Below are positions 35,972 to 43,603 of a stretch of DNA of 64,000 nt, piece after piece. The notes beneath the pieces are model-generated. The model saw nothing but the letters and a program-made list of their open reading frames with translations. It had not been told where the DNA came from and ran no database searches. Made by a program: the position numbers and the translations under genes. Within the stretch, counting starts at the first letter, position 1. Each line of letters opens with the position of its first letter. Source of the stretch: Vicinamibacterales bacterium (GTDB lineage Bacteria; Acidobacteriota; Vicinamibacteria; Vicinamibacterales; UBA8438); NCBI GenBank assembly GCA_965242835.1, contig OZ251506.1, positions 3,907,860-3,971,859 on the forward strand, read 5' to 3'.

Positions 35972-36514
35972 GTTCTCCCCGGCACGCGCGTAGAGCGACC
36001 CGCCCGGCGGCGCCGTCGCCGCGAGCCGGACCGATTCTCCCCGGCATGCGTAGAGCGACCCTGGACGTGACGGTCGGAGAATACGCCAGCCCCGGCGTCC
36101 GCGCGACGGGCGGCGGCGTGAGAACAGGGGGAAGGTAGTGGGCGCGGGGCAGTGACGGGTTACTCGTCGGACTCGTTCTCGTCCTCGTCGTCGTTGAGGC
36201 CGACCAACAAGAACGGCATGCAGAGCCACATACCTGCGTACACGGCCGCACCCGCCACGAATGCCGGTTCCAACATTTGGCCGGTAGTGTAACAGACCGG
36301 GATGCGTAGAGCGACCCGTCGCGCCGACAGCACGCGCCGGGCGTGGGAGAGTTCCTGCGGGAGCCGCCTCCGTTCTCGCCGGCCCTGGCGCGTCGCGCCG
36401 ACAGCGCGCGCCGGGCGTGGGAGAGTTCTCCCCGGCATGCGTGGAGCGAACGCGCGAGCGCGAGCGGACATCCCCGGCGGGAGCGAGTTCTCCCCGGCAT
36501 GCGTAGAGCGAACC
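35972..36514. repeat. degenerate spaced-repeat cluster, unit GTTCTCCCCGGCATGCGTAGAGCGA(A)CC, type I-E CRISPR-repeat-like
   Basis: Good copies at 35972-36000, 36034-36060, 36425-36451 and 36487-36514 (spacing 60-62 bp within pairs). Partial or degenerate copies near 36088, 36296-36317 and 36372. Interrupted by an AT-richer patch (36160-36300). No cas genes in the window. Confidence 0.6.
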
Positions 36515-36767
36515 ATCACGGAGCACGATGATCACGATGATCCGACCATGCCCACACCCCCCCGATCTCCACGAGCATCCGGGATCCCGCGCGCGTTGCC
36601 GGCGCGGATGATTCAATTCGACCATGCCCGCGCCCCCCGGTCTCCACGGCCGATCGCTGCTGGCGGTGTTCGCGCACCCCGACGACGAGTCCCTCGCCTG
36701 CGGCGGGACGCTGGCGTGGTGCGCGCATCTGGGCGCCGACGTGTCGCTGCTGTGCATGACGCACGGC

Positions 36768-36830
36768 GAGCACGGCCCCGGCGCCGAAGAGCACGGCCCC
36801 GGCGCCGAAGAGCACGGCCCCGGCGCCGAA
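36768..36830. repeat. 21-bp perfect tandem repeat x3 inside the PIG-L gene
   Basis: gagcacggccccggcgccgaa at 36768, 36789 and 36810. In frame (EHGPGAE x3). Confidence 0.9.
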
Positions 36831-37201
36831 GACGTCCGGCGCACCCGCGGCCGGGAGCTGGAGTCCGCGGCGCGGGCGCTCGGCGTCCACGCCGTGACGC
36901 TGCTCGACCACGAAGACGGCATGTTGCCCTGGCTCCCCGCCGCTGCCCTGCGGTCCGCCGTCGAACGGGAGGTTCGCGCCCGGCGGCCGGAGGTCCTCGT
37001 CACCTTCGACACCGACGGTCTCTACTGGCACCCCGACCACGTCGCCGTCCACGAGGCCGCGACGGCCGCCGTGGCGCGGCTGGGCGGCGCCGCGCCGGCC
37101 TTGTACTACGTCACGATGCCCCCCGGATCGATGCGCGCCGTCGCCGACCACGCCGCGGCGTCGGCGAACGCTCCGGCCTCCGGCGGGGCCGCGGGACCGG
37201 C

Positions 37202-37360
37202 ACGGCCACGGAAGCGGGATGATCCGTTCGCCCCCGACCGGCCGGCAACCCCGGCGGGGACGCGGCGCCCATACGGCCGCGGAAGCGGAATGATTCCGTT
37301 CGCCCCCGGTCGGCCACCGACCCCGGCGGGACCGCGGCGCCCGCACGGCCGCGGAACGGC
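37202..37360. repeat. 71/72-bp tandem repeat x2.2 (the insertion that breaks the PIG-L frame)
   Basis: Units start at 37202, 37273 and 37345 (ACGGCCRCGGAAGCGGRATGAT(T)CCGTTCGCCCCCG...). The third, partial unit is continuous with the native coding sequence. Confidence 0.85.
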
Positions 37361-37658
37361 CCGGCGACCCGGATTCTCGGTGTCGCCGACCCCGACGCGT
37401 TCGGTTCGGCGGCCCCGGCGCCCACGCTGGTGGTCGACGCCGGCCGCTTCGCGGCGCGCAAGCTGGCGGCCCTGGCCTGCCACGCGTCGCAGTTCCGGGG
37501 CGGCGCGCTGGCGTCCGTCGGCGAGCGCGACGCAGCCCGCCTGCTCGGCGTCGAGCACTACCGGCGGGCCGGGATCGGCGCCGCCGGACGCACGTTCCTC
37601 GACGATCTCGGCTCCTGTCCCGCGCCCGCGGAGGGGCCGCGCGGCGATGGCGCGAACG

Positions 37659-37840
37659 CGCGAGGAAACTGAACCGTTACCCTCATGCGGACCGAGACTT
37701 CCGGGTGTTCCAGCCGTGCTTCGGACGAGGGCGCGGAAGCCGAACCGTTACCCTCACGCGGATCGAGACAGGCGCGCTTCGGCAGCCCGCGGGACTCCAC
37801 GCCCGCGGAAGCTGAACCGGCCCCATGCGGATCGAGACCC
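37659..37840. repeat. 71/72-bp tandem repeat x2.5 duplicating the 5' end and start codon region of the downstream methyltransferase gene
   Basis: GGAARCYGAACCGTTACCCTCAYGCGGAYCGAGAC at ~37664 and ~37735, and GGAAGCTGAACCGGCCCCATGCGGATCGAGAC at ~37807. The last contains the real ATG 37825. The first has an ATG (37685) opening an out-of-frame 100-codon ORF. Confidence 0.8.
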
Positions 37841-39411
37841 TCGCCCTGCTGCGCTGTCCGTTCTGCGGCGGCCGCCTGTCGACTGTCGAGAACGCGGTGC
37901 TCGAACGCGGACCGGACCGCATCGAACACGGCGCCCTCGGCTGCGAGTGCTGCGCCTTCCCGGTGGTCGCGGGCATCCCGGTCCTGATGGCCGACGACGC
38001 GGCCCGCGACGCCCTGCGCGCGCTGGAGGCGGGACGGCGCGGCGACGCGTTGCACGCGCTGCTCGGCCTGGACGGCGCGCGGCGCGACACCTTTCGCAAG
38101 CTGACCGCCCCCGGCGGCCGGCCCACGTACCGCGACCTGCTCGGCGTGCTGTGCGCGGACGCCGAGGCGGACTACCTGCTCCACCGGTTCTCCGACCCGA
38201 CGTTCCTGCTCGCCGAAAGCCTGCTCGACGCCCTGGGACGGGCGCGGCGGCGGGGTCCGGCACCGGAATCTTCGAACGCGCCGGCCGCCCCGACGCACCA
38301 GACGGCGGGACGGCGGGGACCGGCGCCGGAATCTTCGAACGCGCCGGCCGCCCCGACACACCAGACAGCGGGACGGGACGGACGGCGGGGACCGGCGCCG
38401 GAATCGGAGTCGCCGGCCGATCCGCGGAGCTCCGACGACGCCGGAACCCCGGCTTCGACGTCGACGACGGCCGGCAGCGCCGGTCGGCCGAGGCCGCGGA
38501 GCTTCGACGACGCCGGCGCCCCGGCTTCGACGGGCTCGGAGTCGCCGGCCGATCCGCGGAGCTCCGACGGCGCCGGAACCCCGACATCGGCGGACCCCGA
38601 GGCCGGGCGCGCCCTCGACCTGTGCGGAGGTTCCGGACACCTCGCCCGCGTCCTGTTGCGCCAGCCGGCCTGCGCCGGCGCGGTCGTCGCCGACGTCCAC
38701 TTCTGGAAGCTGTGGCTCGCCGCCCGGTTCGTGGCTCCCGCCTGCGAGCCGGTCCGCTGCGACGCCGACGCGCCGCTGCCCTTCGCCGACGGCCGGTTCG
38801 CGACCGTCCTGCTGAGCGACGCGTTCCCCTACGTCTGGCACAAGCGCCTGCTCGCCGGCGAGATGCAGCGCGTCGCGACCCGCGGCGGCGTGATCGTCAT
38901 GCCGCACCTGCACAGCGCGCACGGCGAAAACCACTCGGCCGGCGACACGCTCTCGCCGGCCGCCTACCGCGACCTGTTCGCCCCCTTCGCCCCCCGGCTA
39001 TTCGACGACCGGAAGCTCCTGGCCGCCCTGCTCGACGAGGGCTTCGTCGACCTGGCGAACCACACGCCGCCGGCCGAATGCGGCGACACGCCTTCGGTCA
39101 CGCTCGTCGCGGCCCGCGACGGGAGGCTGTACCGGCGCCACGCCGCCCGCGTCCGCCCCGGCGTGACCGGCGTGCTGACCGTCAACCCGCTCTACCGCGT
39201 GGACTACGCCGACGGCGTCTCGCGCCTGACGCTCGCCTTTCCCGGCCCGGAATACGAGGAGGAGTTCGGGCTCGCCCGGCGCTACCTGCCCGCGAGCCTC
39301 GCGGTGGAGGGCGATCTGCGCGGCGCGGTCGCACCGGCCGCCGCCGGGCAGCGCCTCGCCGAACTGCGCCGGCGGCGGGTGCTGCTCGACCTGCCGCGCG
39401 GCTACTGCTGA
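37825..39411 (+). CDS. Trm112-like zinc-ribbon + class I SAM-dependent methyltransferase with a low-complexity repeat insert
   Basis: MRIETLALLRCPFCGGRL...LGCECCAFPVVAGIPVLM (Trm112p-like). ALDLCGGSGHLARVL (SAM motif I) after a ~120-aa repeat-derived segment. Confidence 0.8.
   Translation: MRIETLALLRCPFCGGRLSTVENAVLERGPDRIEHGALGCECCAFPVVAGIPVLMADDAARDALRALEAGRRGDALHALLGLDGARRDTFRKLTAPGGRPTYRDLLGVLCADAEADYLLHRFSDPTFLLAESLLDALGRARRRGPAPESSNAPAAPTHQTAGRRGPAPESSNAPAAPTHQTAGRDGRRGPAPESESPADPRSSDDAGTPASTSTTAGSAGRPRPRSFDDAGAPASTGSESPADPRSSDGAGTPTSADPEAGRALDLCGGSGHLARVLLRQPACAGAVVADVHFWKLWLAARFVAPACEPVRCDADAPLPFADGRFATVLLSDAFPYVWHKRLLAGEMQRVATRGGVIVMPHLHSAHGENHSAGDTLSPAAYRDLFAPFAPRLFDDRKLLAALLDEGFVDLANHTPPAECGDTPSVTLVAARDGRLYRRHAARVRPGVTGVLTVNPLYRVDYADGVSRLTLAFPGPEYEEEFGLARRYLPASLAVEGDLRGAVAPAAAGQRLAELRRRRVLLDLPRGYC
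38247..38600. repeat. 60-72-bp repeat units inserted in frame in the methyltransferase gene
   Basis: cggggWccggcRccggaatcttcgaacgcgccggccgccccgacRcaccagacRgcgggacgg x2 (RRGPAPESSNAPAAPTHQTAG x2). ggagtcgccggccgatccgcggagctccgacgRcgccggaacccc x2 (38406, 38538). Confidence 0.8.
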
Positions 39412-39443
39412 TCTGCGCGCCGCGCCGTTCCTCCGCGCCCGCC

Positions 39444-39851
39444 TCAGTCCCCGAACCGGCGGGCATGCAGACGGGCGAACAGTTCGGCTTCCGTCCCGCA
39501 CTCGATGATCCAGTCGCCGACCTCCGCCAGCCTGTCCGCGTCGCTGACCTCCGCCAGCGCAGCGGCCAACCGACGCGCGGCGGCGGCGCCGAACTTCCGC
39601 GCCGCCAGACGGCACAGCAGCGCGCGTTCCTCCTCACGGCCCTTCTCCAGGCCCTGTTCGAGACCCTCCGCGCGGCCCTTCTCCAGCCCCTGCTCGCGGC
39701 CTTCGGCCACCCACTCCGCCGTCCATTCCCGCACCGTCTCTTCCAGCATCGTCCGCACCTCCTCCAGCCGCGGCAGAGACTCCGGCCGCACGCCGCGGAA
39801 CCGCCGCGGCAACAACACCTGCGCAACCCACGCACGGAACGCCTGCTCCAA
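39444..39851 (-). CDS. DUF4351-domain protein (C-terminal module of Rpn/YhgA-type PD-(D/E)XK transposase-like proteins; nuclease domain absent)
   Basis: ...RTMLEETVREWTAEWVAEGREQGLEKGRAEGLEQGLEKGREEERALLCRLAARKFGAAAARRLAAALAEVSDADRLAEVGDWIIEC: typical DUF4351 EGxxxG repeats plus a helical tail. Confidence 0.55.
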   Translation of the reverse strand: MEQAFRAWVAQVLLPRRFRGVRPESLPRLEEVRTMLEETVREWTAEWVAEGREQGLEKGRAEGLEQGLEKGREEERALLCRLAARKFGAAAARRLAAALAEVSDADRLAEVGDWIIECGTEAELFARLHARRFGD

Positions 39852-39953
39852 CTCCGCGTCGCCCTGCTCCCCGAGAAGCCCGATCCGCGACCGTGCCGCG
39901 TAACCATCCCGCGGCCTGTCGTCGAGGCCCTCGGCCAGCCCGTTGTCATCCGT

Positions 39954-41645
39954 TCACGGGGCCGGCACGGCGGCCGCCGGGGCATCCCCGAAGGCGTCGA
40001 GCAGCAGCGGCAGCAGCGCGTGCATCCGGGCGACGGTCTCCCGGCCCGGCGCGAGGCCGTCGCCGAAACCCCGGCGCCGCAGCCTGTCAAGCAACGCCGG
40101 GCGGCCGGCGACCACGTGGACCGGCACGTCCCAGGACGCCCCTTCCCCGCTCACCAGGGACGGAGGCTGGTGGTCGCCGACCAGGATCATCACGAGGTCC
40201 CGGTCCGCGCGCAGCCGCAGGTAGCCGCCGATCGTGGCGTGGGCGTAGCGCAACGCCTGCACGTAGCTCGGACCCAGGTTCAGCCAGTCGGGCTGCTCGG
40301 ACCAGGCGGCGTGCAGCTCGTCGTCGTCGTAGGGCCGCGGCGAGAGCACGCGCTCCCAGTCCGGCTGGTACGGCGGGGCCGGCGTGAAGGGCGCGTGGGT
40401 GCTGATGGTCGAGAAGAAGACGAAGCGCGGCGCCCGGCCGCGCGGCGCAAGCTCCAGGCGGTCGACGAAGGCCAGGGCGTACTGATCGTTGACGCTCCAC
40501 CAGCCGAACGGCGGCCCGCGGTAGCCGAGCCGCTCGTAGTCGTAGATCTCGTCGAATCCGTAGAAGGCGCCCTCGGGCCAGGCGACGAGCAGCCCGGGCG
40601 TCAGCGCCAGCGCCCGGTAGCCCCCCCGCTGGAAGACCGTCACCAGGGTGTCCCGTTCCTGGGCCATCAGGCGCGCGTTGGCGCGGTCGTCCCGCACCTC
40701 GGTGCCGGACAGCAGCGAGACGTGGGCCAGCCAGGACTCGCCGGCGAAGGTCGTCGACTCGACCCGCGCCGAGACGACCTCGCGGCCCGTCTCCCGGACG
40801 TCGGCCTCCAGCCGCGCCCGGCTCGCGGCCAGCGCCTCCACGAACGCCGGGCGCTCCCAGCTCACCGCGCCGTACGACTCCAGGAACACCAGGAGCACGT
40901 CGGCCCCCGCCACGCGGGACAGGTCCGAGCGCAACACCGGGGGCGGCCCGAGCGCGGCCAGCCCGGCCCCGCTCATCTCGTACGCCAGCTCGTACGCCTC
41001 GCGCGCCCAGGCCGACGCCACCGGGTCGGCGAAGCGCAGGCGTTCGATCGGCCGCCAACCGGCGTGCGACGCCGCGAAGAGCGCCGCCGAGACGGCCGCC
41101 GCGCCGCCCAGCACGCGCCGCGCCGCCGGGTCAGCGGCCGCGCGCCCGACCCGTCCGACGCACCACCGCGCGGCCGCGTAGACCGCCAGCGGCCCGGCCA
41201 CGGCCGCTCCCGCGAACGCCGCCAGTTGCCACGGTTCGGCGACCTCCGCGAACATCGCGCCGACGGCGGGCACGTGGCGCAGGTCCCAGTAGGGGTTGAC
41301 GTCCCGGCCGTAGAGCGCCCGCGTCGTGACGTCCACGTAGCGCCCGGCGATCAGCAGCAGCCAGACCACCGCCGCGCCGCGCAGGACCCGCCGGGAGACT
41401 CCGCCGGCCCACCGCCGGAGCAGCAGAAGGACCAGCAGACCGATCGCCAGGTCCGGCGACAGGTCGGCCGTCGGACGGATCGCGAGCGTCGGCCAGACGT
41501 TGCGGAAGGTGAGCGAGAGGTTGAGCAGCAGCAGCGCCGCGGCGGCCCCGGCCCCGACCGCCAGCCGCGAGCGGACGTTCGCGGACAGGCCGCGCCCCTT
41601 CCGGGAACCGGGGGCGCGCCGGCCGCGTGAGGCGTCCGCGGGCAC
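39954..41645 (-). CDS. membrane-anchored sulfatase-like hydrolase/transferase (LTA-synthase/alkaline-phosphatase superfamily)
   Basis: N-terminal TM helices, then ...ADVLLVFLESYGAV..., FFSTISTHAPF and MILVGDHQPP motifs. No in-frame ATG downstream of the DoxX stop, so GTG 41645 is proposed as the start (uncertain). Confidence 0.7.
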   Translation of the reverse strand: MPADASRGRRAPGSRKGRGLSANVRSRLAVGAGAAAALLLLNLSLTFRNVWPTLAIRPTADLSPDLAIGLLVLLLLRRWAGGVSRRVLRGAAVVWLLLIAGRYVDVTTRALYGRDVNPYWDLRHVPAVGAMFAEVAEPWQLAAFAGAAVAGPLAVYAAARWCVGRVGRAAADPAARRVLGGAAAVSAALFAASHAGWRPIERLRFADPVASAWAREAYELAYEMSGAGLAALGPPPVLRSDLSRVAGADVLLVFLESYGAVSWERPAFVEALAASRARLEADVRETGREVVSARVESTTFAGESWLAHVSLLSGTEVRDDRANARLMAQERDTLVTVFQRGGYRALALTPGLLVAWPEGAFYGFDEIYDYERLGYRGPPFGWWSVNDQYALAFVDRLELAPRGRAPRFVFFSTISTHAPFTPAPPYQPDWERVLSPRPYDDDELHAAWSEQPDWLNLGPSYVQALRYAHATIGGYLRLRADRDLVMILVGDHQPPSLVSGEGASWDVPVHVVAGRPALLDRLRRRGFGDGLAPGRETVARMHALLPLLLDAFGDAPAAAVPAP

Positions 41646-41653
41646 GGCCGCCC

Positions 41654-42100
41654 CTAGCGGAGGCTGAACGGCAGCGCGCGCCCGCCGATGGTCAGCGCGA
41701 GCAGACCGCCGACGACCGGCGGCCCGAAGCCGTTCCAGAGATAGCCCCACGTGAACATGATGCCGCTCGCGAAGTGAAAGTTGAGCACCATCGCCAGCGC
41801 GAGCCCGGCGGTCAGGCGGACGCTGAAGCCGATCGCCAGCGCCGTGCCCGCGGCGAACTCCGCCAGCGGCACGATCCGTGCGAAGATCGGCGCGTACGGA
41901 ATGCAGACGGCCTCCAGGTACCGCAGACTGCTGCCGGAGGCCAGCCCGCGCCAGCGCTCCAGCTCGGCGACGAGCGCACCGCTGTCGAGAAGCCAGCCCG
42001 CCTTCTGCCCCGCCATCAGGATCAGGAACAGCCCCATGCACATCGACAACACCCGCAGGCCGACGCCCTGGTCGGTACCGTGGAAGGACATGCCCGCCAT
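41654..42100 (-). CDS. DoxX-family membrane protein
   Basis: The last 148 codons of artefactual ORF 41654..43543: MAGMSFHGTDQGVGLRVLSMCMGLFLILMAGQKAGW...FAAGTALAIGFSVRLTAGLALAMVLNFHF, four TM helices. Confidence 0.6.
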   Translation of the reverse strand: MAGMSFHGTDQGVGLRVLSMCMGLFLILMAGQKAGWLLDSGALVAELERWRGLASGSSLRYLEAVCIPYAPIFARIVPLAEFAAGTALAIGFSVRLTAGLALAMVLNFHFASGIMFTWGYLWNGFGPPVVGGLLALTIGGRALPFSLR

Positions 42101-42185
42101 TGTAAACCGCGCCGGCGCCGCCCCGGAACGGAGGCGCGCGGGGCGGCGCGGCGTTCGGCGCGCGCCGGGCGTGTCCGCGCGGTCG

Positions 42186-42684
42186 GCGGGACACGCGCGA
42201 GCGGGGCGAGACTCCACCGATCCGATCGCGGCGCGGCGGGAAGACGCGGGACACGCGCGAGCGGGGCGAGGCGAGGCGGCTGGCCAGCCGGCTGTCTGCC
42301 GATGCGCGGGACACGCGCGAGCGGGGCGAGGTTCAGCAACGCGGGCCGATTGAGCTTCATGCGCCGCGGGACACGCGCGCGCGGGGCGAGGCGTACCGGG
42401 TCGTGTCGCTCGAGGCGGTCGATGCGCAGGACACGCGCGCGCGGGGCGAGGCGTGGTATCGTGAGGCGTTCTCGGCCGTTGAACCAGGAAATTCGCTGAC
42501 CTCAGCCTGGCTTGGGTGAAATACACCTGTAAGGACGGACGGGCGGCCTGGGGGCGCCGCTGGCGGCCGAGAACACTATCCCCCCTTTCGTCGGTGTTTC
42601 CCGCGCCCGCGGGACACGCGCGCGCGGGGCGAGGGCCAGCCGACCGCCCGCGGCGCCCCGCGGGACACGGGCGCGCGGGGCGAG
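42186..42684. CRISPR. orphan CRISPR-like array: 5 repeats at an exact 60-bp period plus 2 more after a 158-bp gap
   Basis: GCGGGACACGCGCG[A/C]GCGGGGCGAG at 42186, 42246, 42306, 42366 and 42426 (the last starts GCAGG), with unique 35-bp spacers. Further copies at 42609 and 42660 (period 51). An inverted partial copy lies at 42161-42180. Intergenic between the DoxX and FkbM genes. No cas genes in the window. Confidence 0.5.
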
Positions 42685-42694
42685 GCTCCGCCCC

Positions 42695-43603
42695 GTGAGC
42701 CGCGTGCGCCGCGCCGGCGGGCTGGCCCGTTCGCTGCTCGTCTATCACGCGATCCCGGGACGGCAGCGGCGGCTTCGGCGGCTGTACCGCCGGTTCGTCT
42801 CGGCCGGGGACCTCGTCTTCGACCTCGGCGCCCACGTCGGCAACCGGACCCGCGCCCTGCGGGCGCTCGGGTGCCGGGTGGTCGCGCTGGAACCGCAACC
42901 CGACTGCGCGCGGGTGCTGCGCGCGCTCTTCTCCCGGTCGCCCGGCGTCACCGTCGTGGAGTCGGCGGTCGGAGCGGCCGGCGGCCGGGTCCGGCTGACG
43001 ATCAACGAGCGGCGCCCGACGCTGACCACCGCCGCGGACGGCTGGCGCGCCGAGCGGCAGCGCGACCCGCGGTTCGCCGACGTCCGCTGGGACCACGCGG
43101 TGACCGTCCCGGCCACCACGCTCGACGGCCTCATCGACCGGTTCGGGGAACCCGCCTTCGTGAAGATCGACGTCGAAGGGGGCGAACCCGACGCGCTGGC
43201 CGGCCTCGGCCGGCCCCTGGCGGGCCTGTCGTTCGAGTACCTGCCGGGCGCGCTCTCCGCCGTGCGCGCCTGCGTGCGGCAGCTCGCCCGCCTCGGGACC
43301 TACCGCTACAACTGGTCGCCCGGCGAGACCTTCGAGCTGGCCGCCGAAGAATGGCTGACCGGCGACGGGCTCGTGGCGGCGCTGTCGACGGCGGCCGCGG
43401 CCCGGCGCTCCTCCGGCGACGTCTACGCCCGCCGGGAAGCGGCCTCCGGAACCGGCGGCGCCCGCCCCGCCCCGACCGACCGGCGGCCGGCGGCCTCCAC
43501 GCCCCCGCCCGCGCGCGCCTTCTCCGCGACCTTCTCCGGTCACCGATCGGCAGGCGGCCGGCGACGTCCCCGCCCCCGGGAGACGGGACCGGGGCGCCGA
43601 TGA
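42695..43603 (+). CDS. FkbM-family methyltransferase
   Basis: GTG start. ...DLVFDLGAHVGNRTRALRALGCRVVALEP... and FVKIDVEGGEPDAL (the FkbM signature). The C-terminal ~60 aa are low complexity. Confidence 0.8.
   Translation: MSRVRRAGGLARSLLVYHAIPGRQRRLRRLYRRFVSAGDLVFDLGAHVGNRTRALRALGCRVVALEPQPDCARVLRALFSRSPGVTVVESAVGAAGGRVRLTINERRPTLTTAADGWRAERQRDPRFADVRWDHAVTVPATTLDGLIDRFGEPAFVKIDVEGGEPDALAGLGRPLAGLSFEYLPGALSAVRACVRQLARLGTYRYNWSPGETFELAAEEWLTGDGLVAALSTAAAARRSSGDVYARREAASGTGGARPAPTDRRPAASTPPPARAFSATFSGHRSAGGRRRPRPRETGPGRR

Larger units (their letters stand above)
36624..37672 (+). pseudogene. PIG-L/LmbE-family deacetylase disrupted by a 143-bp repeat insertion (+2 frameshift)
   Basis: N-terminus in frame of 36624 (SLLAVFAHPDDESLACGG...YWHPDHVAVH). 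C-terminus in another frame ending at 37672 (...RILGVADPDAFGSAAPAPTLVVDAGRFAARKLAALACHASQ). Removing 37202-37344 (71+72 bp repeat units) restores one 302-codon ORF. Confidence 0.7.

Noticed and set aside
36160-36276. 38-codon TM/acidic mini-ORF as a feature
   Set aside because: There is no Shine-Dalgarno, no family, and it is embedded between degenerate repeats. It is mentioned in a finding but is too weak to list as a CDS.
36624-41630. 1668-aa + strand ORF
   Set aside because: Only the first ~190 codons (PIG-L N-terminus) are real. After the 37202 repeat insertion the frame is wrong, and it then runs through other genes on both strands.
41654-43543. 629-aa minus-strand ORF, and 39954..42314 N-terminal extension, reading through the repeat array
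   Set aside because: Only the C-terminal 148 aa (DoxX-like) are protein-like. The rest translates the CRISPR-like array (HARAGRG-type repeats) and the antisense of the FkbM gene.
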